A DNA stretch of 64,000 nucleotides from Candidatus Latescibacterota bacterium (GTDB taxonomy: Bacteria; Latescibacterota; UBA2968; UBA8231). Position numbers and translations under genes: made by a program. The DNA lies in assembly GCA_022825835.1 (NCBI GenBank), contig JAJDVZ010000131.1, positions 15,532 to 79,531 on the forward strand, read 5' to 3'. Each line of letters opens with the position of its first letter. Position 1 is the stretch's first letter. Positions 1 to 9,550 of this stretch are shown piece after piece. The notes under the pieces are model-generated. The model made no database searches. It had not been told where the DNA came from and saw only the letters and a program-made list of their open reading frames with translations.

Positions 1-1
1 C

Positions 2-319
2 AAACAGACGCGCGGCTTGTTTGGCGAAGAGAAGCGCGAACAGCTAAGAGAGTTGTTCAGCGTCATCGTGGAAATGGATTTCCTGACCGACAGTACGCTA
101 CAGGGGGGCCTAGAGTACCTCTGGAACGAGGATTTCGCGGACGATGCCAACGACTTCAGGTCTGTGTCGCTGGGGCTACAGTTGACCAACCGATCTACGT
201 ACCTAGGGTATAAGATCGTGGCCTTGGCCGGGACGCGGTTGCGGACTAGGGACTTCAAATTATCAGACGCGGTCACGACCAATACGACTTTCGTAAGCGT
301 GTTCGCAGGTCTGCACTAG
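2..319 (+). CDS. 3' fragment (window edge) of a large putative outer-membrane protein, paralog of 6731..9421
   Basis: Frame is open from base 2. KQTRGLFGEEKREQLRELF...STYLGYKI...NTTFVSVFAGLH aligns by eye with KQSRGLFDAEDKETLTELF...SSYLGYVI...NTRAFISVFAGLE at the C-terminus of 6731..9421. Confidence 0.85.
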   Translation, partial: KQTRGLFGEEKREQLRELFSVIVEMDFLTDSTLQGGLEYLWNEDFADDANDFRSVSLGLQLTNRSTYLGYKIVALAGTRLRTRDFKLSDAVTTNTTFVSVFAGLH

Positions 320-372
320 ATGAGCCGTGGAAAGCAAAGAAATGCGTTTGGGTCGTATAAGAAGGATTGGCG

Positions 373-2334
373 ATGAGGGGAGCGAATGCTTGGGAGTGGG
401 CAGGGCTGTTGGCTGCCGGCATTGCCGTGCGGCTCGCGCACGTATGGCAGTGGGAGCAGAGCGCTTTTGGAGAAGTGGCAGTAGGAGATGCGGCGCATTA
501 CGCGGGAGGGGTGGGAGATGGAGGATGGTATTCGCGATTATACGCGGCTTTGTGCGCAGTCGCGCTGCAGGAGGAGACGGGATTATGGGTACTGCGCGTG
601 ATTCAGGTCGGTATGGGAGGGCTCGCTTGCGTGCTGGTGTGGTCAATCGGCAGACAGCTATTCTCGCCAGCGGTGGGCCGAGGGGCGGGTATTGCGGCCG
701 TGCTGTACGGTCCGGCGATCTACTACGGGGGCGAGATAACGCCGGCCGTGTTGGCAGCTTTTTCGGGCCTGTTGCTCCTGCGGGGATTGGTGGGATCGGC
801 TGGTATGGGGCCGTTGAGGGCCGGAGTTATCGGGGTAGTGGGCGGCGTGACTGCACTAGTCGATTTCCGGGCGCTATTCGCCGTCGTCGCAGCTTTGGTA
901 TGGGTGGCACAGGGAAGCGGGGACCGGCGGGCGGCGTGGTGGTTTTTTGCGGGAGCAGCCCTGGTACTGGTTCTGGGAGGGGCGGTATGGAGCTGGGAGG
1001 GGCTAGTACCCTCGATCAGTGGTTTAGGACTGAAGGAAATGGCAACGCGGGCGTATTTGTTTTGGCATGGTGCCGAGGTCTTGGGCGATATAGCCCCCTA
1101 TCGCGCCGCTGCGCCTTCGTGGATGTTGGCTCCCCTCATGTGGCGAGCCGTGTTGGGATTTCCCTTTGGGCTGGTAGGGCCTCTGGCGCTAGTGGGATTT
1201 CTCGTCGCAGTCCGCGGGGAGGGGATGGATCGGTATCGCGCGCTGCCCCTGTTGTTTGCCGGTGCTTGGATGCTGGGATCGCTCTTGGAAGAGGCGTCCG
1301 GTCGCTCGCGGCTGAGTGCGGCCTTGTTCTTGCTTCCGGGGGCGCTGGCGGCGATTCCTCTGTTGCTGGAAAAAAGACAGCGCATTGGGGGCATCGCCTT
1401 GGCTCTGGTTCTATTGGCGGCAAATTTTCCTATCGCAGCCGCAGCCGGGGCTCAGAGTTCGCACGACACCTGGGCGGGTTACGCCTACCGAGAGTTGGAC
1501 ATGAAAGCCAATTCCATTGCTGCTTATGAGCGGGCCATCGAGGCCGAAGATGCTGGAATTCGACCGTACGCGGAACTGGCGGAAATCTACTTCGACACCG
1601 GCGCGTACGAACACGCCGCGGAAATCTACCACTCGCTGGTGCAGCGGTATGCCGTCAACAGGGACACCTGGACCGCGCTGGCAGAGTCGTATTTAAGAGC
1701 AGGTCGAGCGGAGGAAGCAGCGGCGATCTACGCCGATCTGGCGGCACAAGAGAACGAGCCTTCTCTCGCGGGGAGATTGGGCGACGCCCGTGCGGCCCAA
1801 GGGGCGCTTGAGGACGCCATTGCTGCCTACCAAACGGTCGTAGCGGTCTGGCCCGATAGCCATCGCGTGCGCTTCCAGCTAGCCCGCACTTGGGAGCAGC
1901 AATCCGCGCTGGACTCCGCAGCAGTCCACTATGGAATCATAGTTGGGCTAGCGGAGTGGGAGGGCCTTGTGGGGTGGCGGCTAGCTCAAGTATTGGGCCG
2001 CATGGAAAAAGATAACTTGGGGCGGATCGAGAAGCTGTTGCGCGACGTACTGGCAGATCATCCCGATTCGGCCCCGGCTCTATTGTGTATGGCAGGCCTA
2101 CTGCACAGAACCGGCCGCAACGAAGAAGCCCTAATGCACTTGCAGAGGATTGCGGTAATGCATCCAGACGAGCACCGCGCCTACGGATTGATGGAAAGCG
2201 TTTACCGAGCTATGGGGCGACCCGAGGAAGCGGGCCGGGCCGCCGAGCTATACCGGGAGAAGCGGTTGCGCCAGCGGGCCGACCGCCGGGTCTTGGGAAA
2301 TCTGGAAGCACTGCTCCAAGGGGGCACCCCGTAG
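373..2334 (+). CDS. Membrane GT-C-fold (PMT/ArnT-like) glycosyltransferase with C-terminal TPR repeats
   Basis: About 10 hydrophobic segments, 'GDAAHY' loop after TM1, 'AAVLYGPAIYYGGEI' motif. The C-terminal half has TPR-like helices (YAELAEIYFDTGAYEHAAEIY; LAESYLRAGRAEEAAAIY; LGDARAAQGALEDAIAAY). Confidence 0.7.
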   Translation: MRGANAWEWAGLLAAGIAVRLAHVWQWEQSAFGEVAVGDAAHYAGGVGDGGWYSRLYAALCAVALQEETGLWVLRVIQVGMGGLACVLVWSIGRQLFSPAVGRGAGIAAVLYGPAIYYGGEITPAVLAAFSGLLLLRGLVGSAGMGPLRAGVIGVVGGVTALVDFRALFAVVAALVWVAQGSGDRRAAWWFFAGAALVLVLGGAVWSWEGLVPSISGLGLKEMATRAYLFWHGAEVLGDIAPYRAAAPSWMLAPLMWRAVLGFPFGLVGPLALVGFLVAVRGEGMDRYRALPLLFAGAWMLGSLLEEASGRSRLSAALFLLPGALAAIPLLLEKRQRIGGIALALVLLAANFPIAAAAGAQSSHDTWAGYAYRELDMKANSIAAYERAIEAEDAGIRPYAELAEIYFDTGAYEHAAEIYHSLVQRYAVNRDTWTALAESYLRAGRAEEAAAIYADLAAQENEPSLAGRLGDARAAQGALEDAIAAYQTVVAVWPDSHRVRFQLARTWEQQSALDSAAVHYGIIVGLAEWEGLVGWRLAQVLGRMEKDNLGRIEKLLRDVLADHPDSAPALLCMAGLLHRTGRNEEALMHLQRIAVMHPDEHRAYGLMESVYRAMGRPEEAGRAAELYREKRLRQRADRRVLGNLEALLQGGTP

Positions 2335-2453
2335 CCGGGGGAGAGAATATGACCCTGTTCGACTATGCCGCGCGAATTTCCCCAGCTATCCGTCGCCAAC
2401 ATTGTCGACGCACCGCCCAATTGGGGAGTTGTCCGGCGACGCAAGGCACTAGA

Positions 2454-4541
2454 ATGCGAGCGCTGGCACCGTGGATCTATTTAGCGCTTGTGGCGATGAG
2501 CCTAGTGCTGAGCGGACCGCAGGCGCTCCATGCGGTCGAGAGGCTAACGCTCGGCAAAGGAGGAGAAATCGACTGGCTGGAGGGCGCGTCGAGCGGAGCA
2601 GACGTGGAGACGATCACTCCTGAGCACCGCACGCTTCTCGACCCCAATGTCACCGAGGTCGGGATCGCACCGTCGAACCTGATCGAGTTTGAGAGCGGGG
2701 ATCACCCCGAGGCCATCCTGCCCCGGCAGGTCAGAGAGGGCACCAACGTCGCCAGCCAAGTCTTCGATTTCGGAGGTTCGATCACCGCGCCCTCGGTAGC
2801 GGATATCGAGGGAGAGGAAAAGAGGAAGGTCCTCGAGAGCCTCATCACTGAGGACCCGACCGGGTTGGCTTTGGTGCGCAAGGACAACAACGCCCTCGGA
2901 ACCATCGTCAACATAGATCTCGGAACCCGGATAGGCGTCCGCAGCATCCGCTTCTTCCCCCGCAACACAGTGTTTCCCAACCCCACCGCGCCGTTCCAGG
3001 CGGATTTTCTTCGGAAATTCAGGATCCGGGTAAACGATGGCCTCAATCTGACTGACGCCGGCAATCCAATCTGGGAAGAATTTTTGGTCGAGAACGATAA
3101 CGTGGATCCAGTGACCACAATTCCACTGGAGCCACCCCGCCTGCTGAGGTTCGTGCGGCTAGAAGCGATTTCGGGTATCTCCTTCGAGTTGGAAAAGATA
3201 CAGATCTTCGGGGAGGGATTCCTTCCCACCGCCAGATATATCTCGCCCATCATCGACATGCAGGCCGGCACCAATTGGGGACAACTCCGCTGGGATCAGG
3301 TCGCAATCGGCAACGAGGAAGCTGCGAGAGTGGAAATCCGCACCCGGACCGGCGGCGATATCACACCCTTTGTATATACCCGCAAACAGGTGGGCAGAAG
3401 GGACGCCGAGGAGATCGCGACCTCTCTTGCGAATTCTCTCGAACCGCTGACGCGGAAGGAATACATGGCCTTACCGGTCCGGGGCGTTGTGGGAAAAGAC
3501 GAGTTTGAGCGCGGGTCTGTGCGCGACGACGTGGAAAACTGGAGCCCGTGGTCGGCACCATACGACCCTGTGGCGGGCACCGGCGAGGAAGGTACGGACA
3601 TCACCTCGCCAGGCCCGCGACAGTACGTCCAAATCCGCGCGGATTTCATCAGCGAGGACCTGAACTCCGCTGTCGCGCTGGAGAACCTATCCTTCACCTT
3701 TACCTCACCTCCACTGGCTAGGGAAGTGGTGGGCGAGGTATTCCCCCGCGAGGTGGCGGGAGCAACGGACGTGCCTTTTGTCTTTGCGGTGCGCACGGAA
3801 ATGGAGGCCGGGCTACAGGGATTCGACGCCATTGAGGTGCGTTCGGACCAGCCGATCAGGAGCGTGCAGGGAATCGAGATCTTTGACGGCGACCAGAACC
3901 GCATTCTCGAGCGGAGCTTTGCCGTCCAAGATGCGCCGACAGCGGAAGAGGATGCAGCCATCCAAGAGTTGGATGAGAGGCGCTTCGTGGTGCGCTTTCC
4001 CCAAGTGCGCGAGAGCGGCACCGTCGTCATGGTGCGATTCGTGGGCCGGATGCTCTCTTTCAGCAATACATTCAAGGGACGAGTGCTGTTAGTCGAAGAG
4101 GAAGCGTTTCAAGATGTGCTTTCGGGCAACGCGGCTTATCTCGGCGACGACGACGCGCCAGGACGTTCCAGTGTCACTGTGCTAAGTCCACAGCTCACCA
4201 CAGGGCGGCTAGTGCGCAATCTCGAGGTCAATCCCGTGGTGACCCCCAACGGGGATGGGATTGGGGATCGGGCGTCAATCAGTTTTGAAGTAGTGACTAT
4301 CGTGGGCCAAGCCGGGATCAATGCCGCCGTATTCGACCTGTCGGGTCGGCGCGTGAGACAACTCCTAACTCGCTTAGGAACGAATGGCCTGTACGATCCG
4401 CAGCGTTTTGGCGACTTGGCCTGGGATGGCCGGGACGAGTTGGGGCAGCTAGTAGCACCCGGCGTGTACGTGGTCCGAGTCGAAGTTCAGGCCGATGCGC
4501 GCCGCACCGGCGCGGCGCGAGTGATCGGAGTCGCATATTGA
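2454..4541 (+). CDS. Secreted protein with C-terminal FlgD-Ig-like domain (paralog family B, copy 1)
   Basis: Signal peptide MRALAPWIYLALVAMSLVLSGPQALHA. Tail VTPNGDGIGD...VFDLSGRRVR...WDGRDELGQLVAPGVYVV...IGVAY. Alternative upstream ATG at 2349. Confidence 0.8.
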   Translation: MRALAPWIYLALVAMSLVLSGPQALHAVERLTLGKGGEIDWLEGASSGADVETITPEHRTLLDPNVTEVGIAPSNLIEFESGDHPEAILPRQVREGTNVASQVFDFGGSITAPSVADIEGEEKRKVLESLITEDPTGLALVRKDNNALGTIVNIDLGTRIGVRSIRFFPRNTVFPNPTAPFQADFLRKFRIRVNDGLNLTDAGNPIWEEFLVENDNVDPVTTIPLEPPRLLRFVRLEAISGISFELEKIQIFGEGFLPTARYISPIIDMQAGTNWGQLRWDQVAIGNEEAARVEIRTRTGGDITPFVYTRKQVGRRDAEEIATSLANSLEPLTRKEYMALPVRGVVGKDEFERGSVRDDVENWSPWSAPYDPVAGTGEEGTDITSPGPRQYVQIRADFISEDLNSAVALENLSFTFTSPPLAREVVGEVFPREVAGATDVPFVFAVRTEMEAGLQGFDAIEVRSDQPIRSVQGIEIFDGDQNRILERSFAVQDAPTAEEDAAIQELDERRFVVRFPQVRESGTVVMVRFVGRMLSFSNTFKGRVLLVEEEAFQDVLSGNAAYLGDDDAPGRSSVTVLSPQLTTGRLVRNLEVNPVVTPNGDGIGDRASISFEVVTIVGQAGINAAVFDLSGRRVRQLLTRLGTNGLYDPQRFGDLAWDGRDELGQLVAPGVYVVRVEVQADARRTGAARVIGVAY

Positions 4542-4564
4542 CCATCTGGCGCAAGGAGTTGGGC

Positions 4565-6673
4565 ATGTTTCTTTGGAGACCTAGCTGTCTGTTGAGTTGC
4601 GCGCTGTTGCTGGCGGGTAGCGATGGAGGATGGGCGCGGTCTGAATTCCAAGTGGGCGTCGGTGCGGACAATTCCTTCATCGACGTGGCCAGCGAAGGAG
4701 GGGGTGCATACTTGGTGTTCGACCAAGATGGACAGCTCATCGACCAAGGGAGCGTTGTGCCGGTATCCTACGATCGGGTCGCGGACGAGGAAATCAGGGA
4801 CTGGGGCACCATTGGCGCAGGGGCGCGAGCGAATGGGATGATGGATCTGAGGGACCTCTCGCTCCGCCCTGTGTGGATCAACCCAAGCGAGAATCTAGTG
4901 GAGACGGTCGAGGAACGGGGTGGCTTCGTGGCTAGCTCTGGGGGCGGCGTCGGGGGAAGAATCGAACAGGGCGTCCTGCAGAATATCGGCGACGGGGATT
5001 CCACTACTGCGATGGTCAGAGCAGTGGATCTATCGCCGACGGAAACAGGCGTCAACCACGGCTGGATCAAAAACGCCATCGTCAACCTCGGGTGGGAGTT
5101 GCCCATAAACCGAATTCGGTTCTTCCCCCGCCCCTCCTTTGAGGACAACTTCCTCCCTTGGTTCGAGTTGGGCGTGGCCTCGGGCAGCGCGCCGATCATC
5201 GACCGGCCTTCCATCGCCCGGCGAGGCCAGCGGTGGTTCTACGAAATCAGTCGGGGTTTGACGGCCAAGAACGACCCGATCATCAACATCATCGAAAGCA
5301 CTACGGAAAACCTCGATGTCGTAGTGGATCGACGGTTTCCCACTCGGCCGGTGAAGTGGGTCACCCTCCGGCCCATCAATCCCGAGCGCACCTGGGAGGT
5401 CGCCGAACTCCAAGTCTTTGGCGAGGGCTACGTGCAGCAGACTGTTTACCGCACGGACATTCTGGATTTCGGACGGCCCGTCGCTTGGAGCAAAATTCGT
5501 TGGGAAGGAGTAGAGCCGGAGGGGACGAGGGTGGAGGTGCGGACTCGCACGGGCAACACCGAGCAGCCGTTCCGCTACAGCAGGAAGCAGCGCACGGGGC
5601 AGTTCGCCTCGGTGGACCGGCGGGAATACAACGATGTCTTCAACGCGGTGACTGTGGCCGATCCCTTCTCTAGTGGCAGCACGCGGGGATTTGAACTGGT
5701 CAAGAAGGAAGTCGATACCGAGAACTGGAGCTTTTGGTCTCCGGCCTACGATTTCGCCGCTGGCCTGCGGGATGCGACCGCGCCGCCTGCAGCGTGGACG
5801 GACGGCGCAACCTTCTTATCGAAGAGTCCGGCCCGCTACCTCCAGTTCGAGGTGCTGTTTTTTCCGACTGGTGAAACGGCTCCGCGCATTGAGCGAATCG
5901 AACTGCTCTTTGGCGATTCAGTGGCCGACGCGGTGATCGGGGAGATCTCACCGACGGTGACCACGGATTTCCAACCCCACACCTTCACCTATGTTGTCCG
6001 GCCCATCCTGCGCGAGGGCAACAGCGGTTTCGACCGCTTGGAAATCGCCACCGCCACTCGCGTGGAGCGACTGCTTTCGGTAAAGGTGGATGATGCGGAG
6101 GTAGGAGAGGAGTTCCTCCGAGACATCCAAGATGACCGCATCGTCGTTGGCTTCGACAAGCTCGTGGGCAGCGAGGATACTGAAAAGCGCATTGAGGTGG
6201 TCTTTGAGGTGCCGGTTTTGCGCTTTGGACAAAAGTTCTCTGGCTTCGCTTTCTCCAGCGACGATCCCGACATCCGCCAACAGGTGGAAGAGGGCAATGC
6301 CACCTTGCGCTTCAGTACCAATTCCCTGTCCGTGAAAACCCCTAGGGGAGGCGAACTCGTCGGCGAGCTGCAGGCCGTTCCAGCGGCCTTTAGTCCCAAC
6401 GGCGACGGCGTGAACGACCAAGTCCTAATCCAATACCAAGTTCGCGTTCTGGGCAACAGCGTGCCCCATGTGCTGACCTTGTACGATCTGGCGGGCAGGG
6501 TGGTTCGCCGGCTGGAGACAGCGCCCGGAGCAGCGGGGGTGTACGAGCGCGAGTGGAATGGTCGGGACGAAGCGGGAAAGCGCGTGCCCCCGGGCACGTA
6601 TGTTTACACGGTAAAGGTGGAGGCGGACCTAGGGAAGCAATTGAGCACGGGTATCGTATCCGTGGTGTATTGA
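4565..6673 (+). CDS. Secreted protein with C-terminal FlgD-Ig-like domain (paralog family B, copy 2)
   Basis: AAGGAG RBS before ATG 4565 and a signal peptide. Tail FSPNGDGVND...YDLAGRVVR...WNGRDEAGKRVPPGTY...VSVVY. Shares GEGY, RTRTG, ENWSFWSP, GFD and GNA motifs with copy 1. Confidence 0.85.
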   Translation: MFLWRPSCLLSCALLLAGSDGGWARSEFQVGVGADNSFIDVASEGGGAYLVFDQDGQLIDQGSVVPVSYDRVADEEIRDWGTIGAGARANGMMDLRDLSLRPVWINPSENLVETVEERGGFVASSGGGVGGRIEQGVLQNIGDGDSTTAMVRAVDLSPTETGVNHGWIKNAIVNLGWELPINRIRFFPRPSFEDNFLPWFELGVASGSAPIIDRPSIARRGQRWFYEISRGLTAKNDPIINIIESTTENLDVVVDRRFPTRPVKWVTLRPINPERTWEVAELQVFGEGYVQQTVYRTDILDFGRPVAWSKIRWEGVEPEGTRVEVRTRTGNTEQPFRYSRKQRTGQFASVDRREYNDVFNAVTVADPFSSGSTRGFELVKKEVDTENWSFWSPAYDFAAGLRDATAPPAAWTDGATFLSKSPARYLQFEVLFFPTGETAPRIERIELLFGDSVADAVIGEISPTVTTDFQPHTFTYVVRPILREGNSGFDRLEIATATRVERLLSVKVDDAEVGEEFLRDIQDDRIVVGFDKLVGSEDTEKRIEVVFEVPVLRFGQKFSGFAFSSDDPDIRQQVEEGNATLRFSTNSLSVKTPRGGELVGELQAVPAAFSPNGDGVNDQVLIQYQVRVLGNSVPHVLTLYDLAGRVVRRLETAPGAAGVYEREWNGRDEAGKRVPPGTYVYTVKVEADLGKQLSTGIVSVVY

Positions 6674-6730
6674 GTCCGCTGGATGGCTAGCATAGCTATT
6701 GAGGATCTAGTGTCGAGTTGTACCAACACA

Positions 6731-9421
6731 ATGAGACGTAGGCTGAAGCTCGTCGTCGTGGCCGCGGTGTTGGGAGTGGCCGGGGAGACGAGTGCCCAGT
6801 CGGGCAGTCGGCCCGACTATGGGAACCGACTGGGAACGCAATGGGGGCACGAGACGAGCTTTCTGCCCCAAGGAGTGCAAGTAGCGCTCAACTCGATTGA
6901 TCCCGCGGTGCGGAAGTGGTACGTGCCCCAGGAGTTGTTCGCCGAATACCGGTGGCGGCAGTGGCAGACGACCAACTACGCCCGCACCGATTTCGATCGC
7001 TACGTCCCCCCCGACATTGAGGGCGACTACCTCTACGACATGTTCGGCAATGCCGTATCCAAGGGATGGCTCATCTACAACACGGAGCAGAACACACCCG
7101 AAGAGTTCGGCAACCGGCTCTTCAAGGGGAGTCGATTCGAACGGTGGTTCAGCCAAGTCGTGGTCGCGGCCGACGCAAAAGGCGGCACGTACTACGCGCT
7201 GACGACGTCCAACAATCTGCGGACGACCCTTACGCCGCTGGTTTTGAGCAAAGTCCAAATGGACGGAATCCAGTTCGACATGGCGACGGATAAGTACCAG
7301 CAGACGCTGATTTTTTCTAGAATTAGCGGCCCTCGGCTGACCTTTAATCGGGACGACCGGCGCACCAATACCACGACCTTTTTCGGCGGACGGTTTACGG
7401 CAGCGGTTGGCGATTTCGTGACGTTGGGCGTACACGGGGTTAACTCCCATCAGTCGAACTCAAAGCTCGACGAGGCTCCGGTGGCGAGCTTGTTCAAAGG
7501 AAGGCTGACGGAAGATCAGAATGCCGTGCCCATTTCCGCGATTGAGATCGTCCTCCGCGACGAATCGCCCGCGGACGGCACGGGCGGAGCCGCGTTCTTC
7601 CCCGGCTCCTCGGACATCATCATCACCTATGAAAGCGGCCTCGTCAACCGGGGCAAGGATATCGGCTTCGAACCCGTATTGGAGGGCGGCATCCCAGCGG
7701 GGGGACGGCTGGAGGCCAACGGCAGTGAAGAAATCCGGCTTCTCTACTCCTTTGACGACCAGATTTTTGTCAACCGCGCAAGCGGTGCCAAGGACGAGAT
7801 CACAAAGGTCGAATTCGAACTCACGGTGGCCAACGATTACGACATCTCAATGAGTTCCGACCGCCAGTTGAATTCCGCACGGGCGAGAGTGCTGCTTCCG
7901 GTCACCCAAGCCGAGGGGAACATCCAGGATCTGAGCAATCTGCGGACCCTGCGGTTTGAGTACGGCTTGCCAACGGCCACCCAGATCCTCGGCGGCAGTC
8001 TCAGCGTCTCCGATGTGCTGGGCTTTCGGCTATACGGAGAGTTCGATCGGAACTGGAATATCCGCCAGTATCCAAATGTCTCCCAGGAGATTCACAGGAC
8101 CAGCTCCGGGCTGACGCACGAGCCGCACAACGATGCTTGGCTGATCAACGCGTCCAACCATCGCGGACGCTGGTTTGGTTTTGCCGAAGCCTATAGAATT
8201 GATCCCCAGTACAACACGACGACATTTATCTCAAACGAAAACGGATTCATCGATTACGAGGCACCGCAGTACAAGGTTGATCTCGTCGAGGACAACGACG
8301 ACCAAGACCGCGTCCCCGACGCCTTTCGCGGGGACTGGCTATTCCCGGATCTTCTGATCTTTCCGGGGTGGGACCAGAATGGGGACTTTCAACCGGACTT
8401 CAACCAAAACGACAACGAAGTTCGGCGCAATGCAATTCCCGACTGGCGGGAACCATTTATTCGGTTGTGGGTGGACCGCCCGGAAATGCTGTGGGGGCGG
8501 GACATGAACAACAACTTCTGGCCCGATCTCTACGAAAACGACAAGGACCCCGACTATCCCTACGACAGAGATCACGACGGGTGGAACGTCTATACGGGAT
8601 TCCGCCTGCGGCCGGGGCTGAGAATTCTGGGCGGGGTCCTGCGGGAGCAGCTAATCTCTTCGGATCAGAAAAATCACATGGTCTATGGCATGTTAGATTA
8701 CGACGAGACTTGGCCACGCTACGGCCGCGTGAGAATGTACGAGATGGTCAAATCCGTGCAGGACGACATTGAGGATCCGTTACTCCAGTATTCGCCCGAT
8801 ACGCTGATTGACCTAGCCGAACCCCAAGAAAGCAAGCGCGAGATGGAAGATCCCCTCTTAGGGCGCGACAGCTTCGTCAATCAATTCTTCATCGGGCATC
8901 AGCTCAAGACAGAAAGAATACTGGTCGAATCAAAACTGAACCACGTGCTCTTCCATCAGCGCCTGGACCGCGAGGAGCGTCGCCGGATGGGATTGGACGA
9001 AAACGAATTTTTCTTTGGACTCATAAACAAGGCGATGTACCAGCGAGAATTGGGACGAGTGGGATTGCAGCCCTTCTGGAAGAGCGAATACAGAAAGCAG
9101 TCCCGCGGCCTGTTCGACGCCGAGGACAAGGAGACGCTCACCGAGCTGTTTGGCGCATTCGCCGTGCTGGATGTTCTGCACTCCACGCAGCTACAGGTGG
9201 GCAGCGAGTTTTTGTTCGAAAAAGACTTCGGCGACGAACAAGGGGACTTCCATTCTCAATCGATCGCCTTCCAGGCGACGAACTGGTCTTCGTACCTCGG
9301 TTATGTGATCACGATGCAATCGGGGATTTTGTTGGAGCGCAGGAATCCAGAGGGCGAGGAGAGCTTCACCAATACGCGGGCGTTTATTTCTGTCTTTGCT
9401 GGTCTGGAGAATATGCGGTAA
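6731..9421 (+). CDS. Large exported protein of unknown function, putative outer-membrane beta-barrel with acidic Ca-binding-like loops (paralog family A)
   Basis: Signal peptide MRRRLKLVVVAAVLGVAGETSA. Alternating aromatic/polar strands in the C-terminal third ending FISVFAGL. DNDDQDRVPD, DQNGDFQPD and DMNNNFWPD loops. Confidence 0.75.
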   Translation: MRRRLKLVVVAAVLGVAGETSAQSGSRPDYGNRLGTQWGHETSFLPQGVQVALNSIDPAVRKWYVPQELFAEYRWRQWQTTNYARTDFDRYVPPDIEGDYLYDMFGNAVSKGWLIYNTEQNTPEEFGNRLFKGSRFERWFSQVVVAADAKGGTYYALTTSNNLRTTLTPLVLSKVQMDGIQFDMATDKYQQTLIFSRISGPRLTFNRDDRRTNTTTFFGGRFTAAVGDFVTLGVHGVNSHQSNSKLDEAPVASLFKGRLTEDQNAVPISAIEIVLRDESPADGTGGAAFFPGSSDIIITYESGLVNRGKDIGFEPVLEGGIPAGGRLEANGSEEIRLLYSFDDQIFVNRASGAKDEITKVEFELTVANDYDISMSSDRQLNSARARVLLPVTQAEGNIQDLSNLRTLRFEYGLPTATQILGGSLSVSDVLGFRLYGEFDRNWNIRQYPNVSQEIHRTSSGLTHEPHNDAWLINASNHRGRWFGFAEAYRIDPQYNTTTFISNENGFIDYEAPQYKVDLVEDNDDQDRVPDAFRGDWLFPDLLIFPGWDQNGDFQPDFNQNDNEVRRNAIPDWREPFIRLWVDRPEMLWGRDMNNNFWPDLYENDKDPDYPYDRDHDGWNVYTGFRLRPGLRILGGVLREQLISSDQKNHMVYGMLDYDETWPRYGRVRMYEMVKSVQDDIEDPLLQYSPDTLIDLAEPQESKREMEDPLLGRDSFVNQFFIGHQLKTERILVESKLNHVLFHQRLDREERRRMGLDENEFFFGLINKAMYQRELGRVGLQPFWKSEYRKQSRGLFDAEDKETLTELFGAFAVLDVLHSTQLQVGSEFLFEKDFGDEQGDFHSQSIAFQATNWSSYLGYVITMQSGILLERRNPEGEESFTNTRAFISVFAGLENMR

Positions 9422-9450
9422 CGGGGTAGTAAAATTAGTCTAAAAAGGGC

Positions 9451-9479
9451 TTGATAGCGAGGAGGGATTTCCTTATGGT
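9451..9479 (+). promoter_or_regulatory. Sigma70-like promoter upstream of 9551..10486
   Basis: TTGATA (9451-9456), 17 nt spacer, TATGGT (9474-9479), in an AT-rich intergenic region followed by a strong AGGAGG RBS. Confidence 0.45.
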
Positions 9480-9550
9480 AGGCATTGAAAGAAGCATATT
9501 GTCGTGTAGCAGTCTATCGCAATTATCTCACTCCCAAAAGGAGGTTTAAA

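Noticed and set aside
327-1529. 400-aa alternative-frame ORF and the many other long overlapping or antisense ORFs (e.g. 9845..10837, 22065..23180, 28942..29838)
   Set aside because: They are Arg/Gly/Ala-rich shadow frames of well-supported genes, expected in high-GC DNA, with no recognisable motifs.
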